Assembly (NCBI GenBank): GCA_050084985.1
Contig: JBITNC010000001.1
Span: 11,098,001 to 11,162,000, forward strand
DNA: 64,000 bases
Reading direction: 5' to 3'
Origin: Nageia nagi
Taxonomy: Eukaryota > Plantae > Pinophyta
Made by a program: the position numbers and the translations under genes. Under the pieces are notes generated by a model. The model saw nothing but the letters and a program-made list of their open reading frames with translations. It made no database searches and was not told the origin of the DNA. The number at the start of each line of letters is the position of its first letter. Within the stretch, counting starts at the first letter, position 1. Below, piece by piece: positions 29,601-40,602 of this stretch.

Positions 29601-31934
29601 CTCTAAGAGTCTGATGTCACTTCCTTGTACCTTCTTGTTCTACATGTAAGAGAGGAAACAGGCAATCAATTAAATAAAACATGCATCATTAAATCACACA
29701 ATGTGGAGGCAATGATAGGAATATAAATATGCCCGCTTGCAACAAAATGATGTTCAATACTGATAGAACTCTTGTTAGTTTCCTTCTTGAATCTCAATCA
29801 TGACCAATGGTGAAACTTCATTTTTGTTCATTAAATTTCTTATATCAACTTTTCAATTTCCAAGTGCCCATGTCAAATCCAATCTGAGCTGAAGTTGACT
29901 TCGTGAATTGGGGTTCCTAAGTCCATTCCAAGTCTGAATCTGGGTATTATGATCAATAGCTTGACTCTCTTGCTGCACAGGCTTTTTGAAAAGCTCCCTT
30001 TAACATATCTCAATTATCAGGGACTATTTCCTTCTTCATTTTCTTTTTTACAAGACAGTGCATGCACTTCAATCATAAGCTACCTAAAACAGTTCTCCTC
30101 AACAACTTACTTGACTAGGTAAAAGTATGGATAGAGGTTGTACATTAAGGGCATCACTCCTTTCCTAGTTGATACACCTTACTCTGGTTGGACAATAAAC
30201 AAAAAATGTAGACATAATGTCTCTGATTTGAGGGCTACTGGATACCTCAGCAAGACCCTTGGGTCCAAACACAAGCAGAGCCACAACTCCAATGACCAAT
30301 GCTTCCGGTGCACCAACTCCAAACAAAGAGGCCTGCGCAAATCTTCGCCTTCCTTTCCTTCGGAAACCTGTAATCCATGAAGATGAGTCATTTCCTTTTG
30401 TTCAAAAAAGCAATGCCCAACCTTATGTACTGACTTCCATTTAGATAGATATACAGATATGTTATTTTCCAGTACTGGCAAATGCTAAATTTCCTCCAAG
30501 CTTGGTCAAAGGATTGAAACACATGGCAGTACTAAACTAGTTTGAGCTAGCAAATAGAAGATAAAACAAAGTGCTAAGGGGTCAATCCACACTCCAGGAA
30601 AATGCTCGATCAAGAGGGATGGTAGGTCTGTTATAAAGCACATGTTATGATAAATAAAAATCAATAGGTCCTAGGTTAAGTGCTAGAAAGTCCTAAGTTC
30701 GAGTCCTAGCTAGTCCATTTGTTCTAGGGTTCTATGCTACCCTAACGTGCTGACATCTATAATAAACAAATCATATTCAAGTATTAAGTAAAGTAAAGTC
30801 AATATATAACATCCTTTTAAACCTATTACTTTGTAAGACCTATCAAAAAAATATTAAATATAACCAATTAGCAAATATTTGGCTTCCTAATAGTTTTACC
30901 AAAAGGCCCCAACACATGGTGATACTGTTTTGAACTGGCAAATATAAGATAAAAGGTTCCTTATTCTTATCTTACATGGGGTTAACTGAAAGTTCCTCTA
31001 TTCCCATAAAGAATTAAAAAACAAAAACGTGATTATCACAAGAGCTCAAGTGAAATGTTTTACCGTTCTCACCTAATATGTCTATTGGCATAAAATTTGC
31101 CTATGGAGATGCCTCATAGGCTGTGACCGAAAAAACTGCATTTCACCCTTACATTTAGTTGATGCAGAAATACGCAAATACATTCATACAAATGATTATA
31201 TAGAGATAAAGATTCTTAAGCTTAGAATCGCGAGGACTTCATTTACCAAAAACTTGATTAAAGTGTCAAAACTCATGATGAAAGAGAAAAGTTACAGCAA
31301 CTGAGATAGGCTCCTATTCACCTATAGTTGAGCTAGCTTCACTAACCTAAAAATGCTACCATTACATACGCAATAGATGAAATGTGGAAGTTTTTCTGTA
31401 GTCCTTCAATGAGCACTATCAAACCCATATAAGCCAACACAAATGCACAGACACCCACATCAACAAACATATCCACAATAGCATATCAACAATTTATGTA
31501 TAGACCAATATATGCACATTTCTCCACAGCAGAACATACACTATGTACATACAAAGATGAGACCCTTTGACAATGTACACAGCAAAGCGTCAAACTGGTG
31601 TATATCTTTGTGGGTGTCATTTGAATAAATAGAAGCATGCCCACATTCAACATATGGATCGATAGATAGTCCGAATGAATATGTTTCACTTACCTTTGTG
31701 TAGTCCTTTGAGTAGAAAGGATTGACCTAAATGAGCACGAGCATCCCATGTTGTGAGTAAGTCAAGCCCGCATGTGTAAAGTTGCTTGTTTAGATCTTTC
31801 AGCAAAGGAAATTGAGATGCTACCCACTTTGACTGAGATATAGTTTGATGTCCTGAATATGCGCTGTGGGCATGATTGTTATAATAGGGCTTGCAATGTG
31901 AGAGTGATAATGGGCCTGCAACAAGAATAGCCAT
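8564..31934 (-). CDS. TATB: Chloroplast twin-arginine translocase subunit TatB (HCF106), 8 coding exons, ~310 aa
   Basis: Spliced translation gives a transit peptide, then ...[31 protein letters not shown]|[20 protein letters not shown]|[18 protein letters not shown]..., the HCF106 TM-hinge-amphipathic helix signature. All introns are GT-AG with compatible phases; exon lengths sum to 933 nt and end in TAA. Confidence 0.95.
8817..8900 (-). CDS. TATB: TatB exon 7 (repeat exon copy C, shifted acceptor)
   Basis: The homologous acceptor reads CAA (8919-8921). An in-phase GACAG 18 nt downstream gives (K)[27 protein letters not shown]+A|gtataa, matching the AY(T/S)SEDYLK motif I recall from HCF106 tails. 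Confidence 0.6.
9049..9150 (-). CDS. TATB: TatB exon 6 (repeat exon copy B)
   Basis: acacag|(D)[33 protein letters not shown]+A|gtataa; 102 nt, phase 1/1, open. Confidence 0.75.
9317..9418 (-). CDS. TATB: TatB exon 5 (repeat exon copy A)
   Basis: acgcag|(N)[33 protein letters not shown]+G|gtataa; 102 nt, phase 1/1, open. Confidence 0.75.
11541..11718. repeat. Three imperfect ~55-66 bp tandem units in TatB intron 4
   Basis: gttaat..catgaaaatatgggtgttgg.aattg..cagaggtgt.ttcaggtcaa starting at 11541, 11607 and 11666. Confidence 0.8.
12630..12753 (-). CDS. TATB: TatB exon 4
   Basis: tgacag|[41 protein letters not shown]+A|gtaaat; 124 nt. Confidence 0.92.
13036..13095 (-). CDS. TATB: TatB exon 3 (amphipathic helix)
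   Basis: atgcag|[20 protein letters not shown]|gtttgt; 60 nt, phase 0/0. Confidence 0.96.
13909..14442 (+). repeat. 534-bp direct duplication, left copy
   Basis: Colinear and highly similar to 18379-18912; ends immediately before the TG of the LTR at 14443. Confidence 0.93.
14443..18386 (-). mobile_element. Internally deleted Ty1/Copia (Tnt1/Tork-like) element in TatB intron 2
   Basis: LTRs 14443-14878 and 17904-18386 (TGTTAG termini, internal ~60-bp tandem units). PBS-like TGGTGCCGGAGC at 17890-17901; PPT at 14879-14888. gag ([11 protein letters not shown]), protease ([10 protein letters not shown]) and RT ([28 protein letters not shown]); integrase core and RNase H largely missing. Confidence 0.92.
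15812..16318. mobile_element. Non-autonomous hAT-type MITE inserted in the Copia RT
   Basis: Imperfect TIRs CAAGGTTGGAAAAATC / GATTTTCAAACCAAG; 8-bp TSD TTATGCAC / TTATGTGC; subterminal ACTCGG / CCGAGT repeats; splits the KGYAH...IDCNEIFSP motif. Confidence 0.8.
18379..18912 (+). repeat. 534-bp direct duplication, right copy
   Basis: Begins in the last 8 nt of the right LTR (tcttaata) and ends caaccttctaat like the left copy. Confidence 0.93.
19503..21167 (+). mobile_element. Nested Gypsy-like remnant: LTR, Met PBS and truncated gag
   Basis: LTR TGTTATGA...TCATAACA at 19503-19916; TGGTATCAGAGC at 19919-19930; gag-like [22 protein letters not shown] at ~20820-20890. Confidence 0.75.
21168..22623 (+). 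mobile_element. Probable solo-LTR-like unit containing an open 170-aa ORF (21201-21713)
   Basis: Termini TGTAAAC...GTTTAGA; weak TSD ACTTT/ACCTA; CTATAAATA box at ~21935; K/E/L-rich ORF with no recognised homology. Confidence 0.4.
25704..26694. mobile_element. Solo LTR (991 bp) inserted in the Gypsy gag
   Basis: TGTAATGACC...GATCATTACA termini with a perfect 5-bp TSD AAAAG; gag (DSFFKSCFI) is rejoined when it is removed. Confidence 0.92.
29350..29660. repeat. Tandem duplication of ~155 bp in TatB intron 2
   Basis: ata.catgg.aaacaaaaagatttca...gtaagagaggaaaca occurs twice, head to tail. Confidence 0.9.
30246..30367 (-). CDS. TATB: TatB exon 2 (transmembrane helix and FGP hinge)
   Basis: ttacag|(G)[40 protein letters not shown]|gtatcc; 122 nt. 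Confidence 0.97.
30660..30760 (+). mobile_element. Possible tRNA-derived SINE remnant in TatB intron 1
   Basis: B-box GTTCGAGTCC at 30697-30706 in a T-arm-like context; no complete cloverleaf. Confidence 0.35.
31694..31934 (-). CDS. TATB: TatB exon 1 (transit peptide [10 protein letters not shown]...LLKGLHK)
   Basis: ATG at 31934; 80 codons + 1 nt; strong donor AG|GTAAGT; phase 1 matches exon 2. Confidence 0.85.
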
Positions 31935-31966
31935 TGATTGCTCGCTCTCACTCACTCACTCACTTA

Positions 31967-32000
31967 TTATCTATTTACTGGCGATAACGAGGGCATCCAT
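31967..32000 (-). promoter_or_regulatory. Two overlapping short upstream ORFs ahead of the TatB ATG
   Basis: gccATGG at 32000 encodes MDALVIASK*; ATG at 31996 encodes MPSLSPVNR*. Both stop 30-40 nt before the main ATG. The TSS is unknown. Confidence 0.35.
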
Positions 32001-32499
32001 GGCCAAACTGGTAAAAGATCTAGTTTGATGTTGATGGTGCGCATTCGATAGTATAATATGCTTAAGAACGTGCTTGAGATCTGAGACGTTGAAGCCCATT
32101 TGCGAGTATGCAAAGGGTTTAGAAGCTCAATATCTCTTTTATCTGTTCTATAAAATGGATTTTGGAGAAGTGTGTCATTGTTTATTTGAAGGTTTTTGAA
32201 CTTTGGTAGTTGTACTTCTAGAAAAGCTTAAAATAAAATTGTTTATTTTAATGTTTTCTTAATGGAAAACATCATCAAAGATTGTTTTGAGTTTAGTTAT
32301 TATCATTGGGTATCTTTTTCTTCCATCAAAATTATTTAAGATTTACATTTAAAGGAGGTACTTTTAAGAGTTTCTCAATAGACTCTTAACTACTTCAAAC
32401 TTATTTTAAATTTCAAGTTTTATATGTTGAATCAATTTTAAAATGATTTTTTTATGAAAAAGATATTTTTAATTAATTAAAAAAAACTTCAACAATCAA

Positions 32500-33362
32500 A
32501 TGAAGTATAATATATAGAACCTTAATGAGTAACTGAAATTGAGCTCATAGAGGTTATATGGAGGACCAAAAATGAATGTTAAGAATTGTTACACAAATCC
32601 ACTCAAATCCGACTAAAAAATAGCTAAATGGGAGTTACAATCATGTTCTATGATATTCTCCCATCATCCCTATGAAGTAACAAACATTGAATCAAAGTGC
32701 AACTAAGAAAAATTGAAGCAAACATCATAAATGTCGTAACTGCCAAAAATACTGACAAAATGTGCAAGGTAATTGAAAATACAATGATGTTTCTAGAACC
32801 ACGATAACGTTTCCACAAACTATGAAACATGTTGACATTTCATTTTGGTGAGAATGAAAAACTTAAATCTCTAACATACTCCCCCTTAAAGGTGAGAGGG
32901 CTAACCAAGAAGTCTCTCAGCTTCACAAACTTACATGTAGCAATGTCCTTTATGAACAGGTCAACCAGATTGTCCTCCCTCTTGCAATAGCGTAATTCAA
33001 CAACTTTATTTTCAACCATATCCCAAATGAAGTGGTACTTCATATCAAAATGTTTGATTTGGAGTGATGCACAAGATTCTTTGCCAACTATATGGCACTC
33101 TGGCTATCACATAACAAGGTGGTTGAATCAATTTGTCATTCTCCTATTTCCTCAAGAACTTTGCGCATCCATAAGGCTTATGCACTAGCGCCAATGATGG
33201 TAATGTATTTAGCTTCAATGGAGGATAAGGCAACTGTGGTTTGCTTTCTGGAAGACCATGTAATAAGACTTGCACCAAGGCTGAAATAATTATCGAAAGT
33301 AGACTTTCTATCATCAACATTGTTACCCCAATCACTATCAGTATATCTAATAAGTTTTGCAT
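32500..33362 (-). mobile_element. Copia 3' end: RNase H, PPT and start of 3' LTR
   Basis: YTDSDWGNNVDDRKST...WSSRKQTTVALSS; KYHFIWD...NLVDLFIK; PPT TTAAGGGGGAG followed by TGTTAGA at 32876. The left boundary is approximate. Confidence 0.85.
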
Positions 33363-33462
33363 NNNNNNNNNNNNNNNNNNNNNNNNNNNNNNNNNNNNNN
33401 NNNNNNNNNNNNNNNNNNNNNNNNNNNNNNNNNNNNNNNNNNNNNNNNNNNNNNNNNNNNNN
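33363..33462. other. Assembly gap (100 N)
   Basis: Run of exactly 100 N. Confidence 1.
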
Positions 33463-36400
33463 AAACACATGTGATTAGTACACCTAGATTCAAAAATCCA
33501 ATCATTCAAGAAAGTATGAGATTTGGAGTAAAGACTAGAAATAAAAGCAAATTTATTATTCTTTTTCTTACCTTTAAAGTTGTTTGATTTTTTAGATCCT
33601 TTACTACCTTGGTATTTCTTTTTCTTGTAGCAATCTAATTCTTTGTGACCATAAATGCCATAAAAATTAAAATTACCATCAAATTTAGCTTTGATTTGGA
33701 TTTGTTGGACTAGTCGTGTCCATTTACTATTTGTTTCTACCTTTCTTGAAATCTAAGTAGATTTATTTTAATTATGGAACTTCTTTTTTAAGTGAGTCTT
33801 CGTTGTCCAAGTGCCACAAGGTGCTCCTTAAGAGTGGAGATCAATAAATTTTTGTCAAGAGTTTTCTCACATTTCAGAAGAAACCTTGAAAGATTTTCTA
33901 AGGATTACACCTCCTCTTCATCATTGAGCCTCATCTCAATAACTATCATGAAGTGATTGAATTTAGAAGAGAGACTTTGAAGGATAACAAATACCATAAA
34001 CTTGTTATTGATCTAGTTGCAACCACATCCTATAAGTTGAATCCTATGATCAATAATTTTGTTCGAGTATATTGCAACACTTTCATTTTTCTCTTGACGT
34101 AATTGTAATATTTTTTTAAGAATAGTGAACCTCTTAAAGAATTTGGAGCTGAGGTATATTTTTTTATCCTATCTCAAGATTCCTTTGCAGAGTTTGAAGA
34201 AAAGATCATGAGAAGGACTTCATCTAAAATTGCAAAAAGATTATAGAGGTTGCTAACCCATTCTTTGTGTTGTAGGCTTAAATTACCTTATTATATGTTA
34301 GAAAAACTTGGTTTTCATTTATAATTTGCTTAATTTTCATGCTTGAAGCTCAACTTTTATCCTGGATTCCTATATATTATAGTTAGAACTATATAAGACG
34401 TGCTTAGGTGTAAAGGAGTCTACCATTTGCTACAAAAAAGATGAAAGTATTAGCCAAAGTAAGCATGTTATATTTGTGAACTAAAACTAATTAATCATGT
34501 TGAGTTTATTCAAATTAATCAAACATACATGTTGAAATTTTGAGCAAAGATAATCAACCATAAATGTTGAATTAATCAATCATACATGTTGAATTTTAAT
34601 CAAAGATAATCAACAAGGCATGCTTAAATTATTTAATTAGTTTCACATGTGCAAAAGGTTTACAATCAAGTCAAATGATATATCCATACATCCAACATAT
34701 TGTCATAACCAAGTAACATTTGAGAGGGATAGAGTTGAGGTTATTTTCTTATTTTATTAAGCCTTCATCTGGATGCTCGTATATAACACTTAGTAATGAA
34801 ATACAAGTTGTGATGGAACCCAAATCCTATCAATCCTCAACTAGTTCTCCTTGGTTAGCAATATACTCTCATAAGGAAGAGTATTAGCTATTTTTTAAAG
34901 GTGCGACGTATGGTGAATCGCCCAAATTATTATCTTGATTAGGTTTCAAGTTATTTTCTTAGGTTATTAGGATAATCCTTGAATGGATATGCGAACATGT
35001 GGTATTACTACACACATGCTTGTCCACCTATATGAAGTTATTTCTAAACCACAAAAGACTTAAGGGCAATTAAGAAGTACAAACTTTATACTATTTGGAT
35101 CGATGGACTAAAGGCTCCAGTCTGCTTTGTCCCCCCTCATGACTCTCCAAACAAGTCATGTTGTGGAATAAATATGCGGATGTGTTCATTTCAGAGGGTG
35201 CACAATTTTCAATATTTACGTTTTTTGCAAAAATAAAGTAAAGGTACATAATATAAAGTAAAGTTTTTAAAAAATAATACATCATCAAAAAATAAAACCT
35301 AAGAGTGTTTAATAGGTTTTGTTACAACCCCAAGAGGATCTCTTTATAAAAAAATTAAACGAGTTCATTATTTTTGAGGAACAACAAAAAATCTCCTCCT
35401 TTTACTTAAAAACTTGAACCTAAAAAAATGTTCCCCTTCATCAACATTAAAAAAGTGCTTAAAAAATATCTCCTTCATTACAATTTTACTTTAAAAAGAG
35501 AAAAATAAATTTAACACTAAATAAGAGAGAGAAGGAAACAAAATAATTAACTCCACTTTTTCCTTAATATTTAAAAAAAAACTTTTACTTAAGAAAATTC
35601 CCTTCTCAAAAATATTTTTCTCTCCCTTTTTTAAAAAACACACTTTTATTAGTGTTAACAAGAATCTCCCTCCTTTTCAAAAAATAATGTCCCACTAAAA
35701 AATATTTTAGAAATAATTTCCCTATTTTTAAAGAATCCTCTTTCAAATTATAGCTGACATAAAATAATTAGTCTCCACTTCTCATAAAATAATTATTCTC
35801 CATTTAAACAAGACAAATTTAATGAGGATGCAATTAACCCATCCACTAGACCTACAAAATATTAAACAAGTTATACTTTTTTTTTTGGTCAAAATGCAAT
35901 AACTATAGAGGGAGGCATGCACTCCATTTAGATTTGTAAGTAAAAAGTTTTAAAAAATATCCTTCTCATTTTTAACATACTGGATGGTGGGAGACGAAAA
36001 AAGAGCGGGCTGGGGGGGAGTGGGTTGGGGAGAGGTCGGTGGTGGCGGCTTTGAGCCGTGGTTGTACCGAAAGGTGGGCAGAGGCTGCAAAGGCTGGTGG
36101 GAAGGAAGGAGCTACGAGGATCAGGAATTAGACGGGCGATAGCAGGGTGCCATGATGAGAGCAGATGGGGTCGGCGATGGTGGGGCTAGGCAAAGGAAGG
36201 GCAGAGGCGATGGACCACCGAGGTGGAGCGAAGCCGTATCGAGCGACTGTAAGATGGAGTCAAATGGGTGGTAACCAACGAAGGATTGGTAGAGTGGGGG
36301 AAATAGGTAGAGGAAAATTGGTGGTAGCACTGAATCACAGGTAGGCGCATCGCGTAGATGCTCCAAGCAGTGTTGTACGGGATTGGAAGTGGCAGGTGAT

Positions 36401-37179
36401 TGATAGGTGGAGTGCGACGGGTGGGCAGCAACAATGAGGCATTTGCAGAGTTACGTTGTTAGGCTGGCGAGGAACTGAGGGGCTGGAGCCCTGTGGCCGG
36501 CAGAGGCGGGGCATTTACAGAGTTACACCATTAGGCTAGAAAGGATTCGAGGGGCTGGAGCGTGGTGGCTAGCAGCGGAAGTTGGGTGGCTGCGGCCTGT
36601 GGTTGACTCCCCCATTTTAATAAAATATTTATATTATAATTTAAAAAAAAGAATTTATTTTCAAAACGAGCCCTCCTTATTTAATTTTTAAGTTGCAACA
36701 AAAATGTATATATTTTTATTTCAAAAAGGAAAAAAATATTTTAAATACAATAAATATATAGTGTACAAAAATTTTCTACCCCCTTTATTGTAATCAAACC
36801 CTCTTTTTTTAATATTTGATAAAAAAAAAATTTTCGTCCTTTTTTTTAAAACAATTATTTCTACATTAGATTTGTAGACCCAAAAAAATTTACGATTTTT
36901 AATACTAGAGTAAAAAAATTGTAATTATGTGCTACAATAATATATTATTGCTATGTACTAAGTAAATTTTTTAAAAAAAATATTGCGACTAACAAGGTTA
37001 AAGTTGTTAGTAAAAAAATAGTATAGCAATAATATATTGTAAAAAATAAGACAACTAACACATAATCAACAAATATGGTAGTAGCATAAGAAATAGTCCA
37101 CAATTTGACATCAAAGGAAGAGATGGAAGGATGGTATACCTTCACAAACCTTTTACCTCAACATGGATGTTGATGAACC

Positions 37180-37966
37180 TGTTTACAAATAAAAGTGTAT
37201 TCGAGAATGCAAATAACTGAAATATCTACAATCTCGAAAGATACATATATATATTTGTAAATCCTGAGCTAAAGAATAGCAATTTATAACAAAACAAGCT
37301 GATATAGAAGATAGCGAATAACTTAAATCGAAATAACATAACCAAACAAGATTGAATTTGCATACTTACCTCATGGGGCGTACCTAATATGGATGAACGA
37401 AAGATACTGACGAAGTCTTAACAATGAACGGAGTTTGCACCTGAAGTCGTGATGTAAGATGATCCAAAAAGAGGGCTACGGGCAGTTTATTTTATGCTTG
37501 AAAGGAGCATCGATGATATGCTTTCGTCTACAAAGAGCACCGATGGTCTTCGTTAGATTGTAGTCCATTTCGAACTAACTCTATGCCTCTACACGAACTC
37601 TCAATTATCTCAATTTGATACTCAAATAAGCTTAGAATTGTTAGGATGCTCGCATAAGGAAGTACACAAACTCAGACTTGAATGGTAGTGTCAAGAGACA
37701 ACTAAAGGACTACCATCATCAAGACCAGATATGGGATCATATATCTCCTTGATTGGACTTACTATTAGATCCCTATTTATATAGATAATAATATGACCTA
37801 CTCTTTAGGTCGATGTGTACCTACATAAACAAGAACATAGTAAGTCGATGATATATATTGATCATATTCAAAATAACATAAATATTTTTGAACTAGACAT
37901 ATAAGTGCGGGCACATATTTCCTAATGTATTAAATTAAATACATAAATTAATTTTATGTGATAACA
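37180..37966 (-). repeat. 3' LTR of the Tat element
   Basis: TGTTTACA...TAACA; colinear with 44797-45574. Confidence 0.93.
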
Positions 37967-38383
37967 GATGCCTCACTTTGGATGAGAAATTGAAAATCAT
38001 TAGGTGCATTGAGATTTTTCATTCAAAGTATAATTAAGATGTCATGGCAATCAAATATTGATAAGTATAGACAAGCATAATACCAACACTAATCAACTTG
38101 TTTTGATACTGAACTATGATAAAGATATAAGAGAGATAAGCAATCATATTGATAAAAGATATGAGTTTAAGAAAACCCCCTCATATGACATCCATCATGT
38201 TGCCCCTAGTTGGTTTTGATATGCTCCATGAGCTCTAATGATAACCTACAAAAGAAAGAGTTCTAGGGTCCATAGCCATCTACCAAGAGGTCACTGATAA
38301 CAATTATCCATAGTTTTGACATATTTTGATATGTGAAGTGCAACCATCTCATGTCATTGATGATTCTGTCTAGTGATCTTGTG

Positions 38384-38664
38384 GAAGTTGAACTTCCCGC
38401 CAAGAGGCATAATGATAAAACTAGGAGCTGAAACTTCGCTAAGAGGCATATTACAATAAGGAGTGGAGCTGAAACTCTACCAAGAGGCATGATATGATGA
38501 AGAGAGCTGAAACTCTATGCTAAGAGGTGTGATATGATGAAGAGAGTTGAAACTCTATGCTAAGAGGCATACAAATTTGGATGATGATATGAGAGCTAAA
38601 ACTTTGCACCAAGAGACATGCAAATTTTACGATTTAGGAGCTGAAACTTTGCACCAAGAGGTAT
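38384..38664. repeat. Array of 7 conserved ~25-27 bp cores with variable linkers in the Tat 3' region
   Basis: GAGCTGAAACT-n(3-5)-C(C/T)AAGAGGCAT at ~38384, 38425, 38466, 38504, 38544, 38593 and 38638. Confidence 0.9.
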
Positions 38665-40038
38665 CTGATGATATTTATTTTTGCTATATTTTAACTGTAC
38701 AATAGGATCATAGGCGATGCTTTTTTGCTAAAATAATGCACTAGTGCTCCTCTTATGATACTAAAATGACCTTCTATTTTTGGATGTTTGTGTTGTTTGT
38801 TCCATGCTTATTTCTGTAGTAACATTTTTACGAAAATAGATGCACAAGATGACCTATAGGTTGCCTAGATATGATACCTCTTTAAGTGCCTAGCATTAAT
38901 GGGATTTTGAGAACCTTCCCATCCAATGTAGATAATCTGTATGCACCTCTGCTAAAGACCTCTATGATAATGTATGGGCCAACCCAATTCAGCTCGAACT
39001 TTCCTTTAAGTTCATCTTTTGCTGTAGTGTTAGAAACATTCTCTTAGAGAACCATATCTCCAACCTCAAAGGCTTTGGGCACCATTTTCTTTCCATTGGT
39101 TCTCTTTATTCTTTTCTGATATGTTTTGAGATGCTCTAATGCATTAATTCTCTTCTCATCTAATGCCTCTAGCTGATTTAATCTTGCTTCCCATTGTTGT
39201 GGTCCCTTTATGATATCTTTGAGTACAATTCTCAAAGAAAGGATCTCAATTTCAAGTGGAATACTGCTTCATCACCATACACAAGAGAGTATGGAGTAGC
39301 ACCTGTTGTTGTTCTTTCAGTTAAGGCATGTGGTAATTGATTATGCCAATCTTTACCATTCTTTTTGATAGTTTTTGCCAATAAATTCTTGATTGTTTTA
39401 GTTGTTGCTTCAGCTTGCCCATTCCCTTGGGGATAGCAAATTGAAGAAAGTCTCTGTTCAACCTTCATATTTTTACAAAATTATCTGATATCTTTCCTAT
39501 AAAATTCGCACCATTATCCATGATCAACTTTTGAGGTATGCCAAATCTGCAAATGATATATTCCTTGATGAAACTAATAACATGTTTTTGTATAGCTGTC
39601 TTCAAAGGAATTGCCTCAACCCATTTAGTGTAGTATTTGGTGGTAACCAAGATAAATTTGTGCCCCTCATTAGATGGAGGATTGATAACACCCATGAAAT
39701 CCAAAGCCCACATTGAGAAAAGCCATGGTGATGTGACATAGTTCAACTCTTGAGTAGGTGCTATTTTTAAGTGTGCATGCTTTTGGCATTGCTCACACTT
39801 CTTGACATGTTCATAATAATCAAGTTCCATGGTGGGCCACAAATAACCCATCCTAATCAACTTGCCATAGATTGATCTTCCATTGAAATGACCTCCACAT
39901 GCCCCTCCATGAGCATGCTCTAATGCTGTTTCAATCTCCTCGTCATGAAGACATCTCAAAAGAATACCATCAAATGATCTCCTCGTCATGAAGAGCACCA
40001 ATGATAACATATTTTATAGCAAGCATGTTTATTCTAAT

Positions 40039-40602
40039 CTATTCTCTCTTATCAAGTGTAGCATTAATAAAGTTATCCCTCAAATATCTGAATATATGTT
40101 GGTACCAAGGACTTACCTCATAACCAACCTTTTGAGCAACACATACCATTTTCAAGTCCTCAGCAATTGATGGAGTTCCTGAGTTCTTGATAGTGAAAGT
40201 AGTCTCCCTACTTTCTATCTCAATTAGCATGAGTGAAGCTGCACTTGCCATTGCATCAACCAACCTGTTATTATTCCTTGGAATATTTTCTAATTGATAC
40301 TCTTCAAAGAAAATAAGGAGTTTTGTAACAAGAACTTTATATGGAATAAGCTTTTCATCTTTGGTGTTATAGATCTCATTAACTTGATTCACTATTAGCT
40401 GTGAATCCTCATAAATATGCAAATGTGTAATATCGATCTCTATAGCTACTTTTAATTCTAATATGAGAGCTTCATATTTTGCCATATTGTTAGTGCATTC
40501 AAATGATAGTTTGTATGACATGGGAATAACATTGTTATGAGGCGATATCAATGCTATTCCTGCTCTTGAACCTTGCATACATCGTGATCCATCAAAATAC
40601 AT
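40039..40602 (-). pseudogene. Additional (archaeal-type) RNase H domain of the Tat pol
   Basis: YFDGS...AGIALISP...CTNNMAKYEALI...DSQLIVNQV...IPRNNNRLVDAMAS, located between the canonical RH and INT. Confidence 0.9.

Noticed and set aside
30238-30245. U12-type donor for the 17-kb intron (GTATCCAG)
   Set aside because: It lacks the TT of the GTATCCTT consensus, and I see no TCCTTAAC branch site before the acceptor at 13096.
30179-30481. 100-aa ORF as an independent gene
   Set aside because: It is an alternative frame over TatB exon 2 and its flanking intron.
30660-30760. Functional tRNA gene
   Set aside because: Only a B-box/T-arm-like part is present; no A-box, acceptor stem or anticodon arm.
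38384-38664. CRISPR array
   Set aside because: It lies inside a plant retrotransposon; linkers are short, partly identical and uneven, cores are degenerate, and there are no cas genes.
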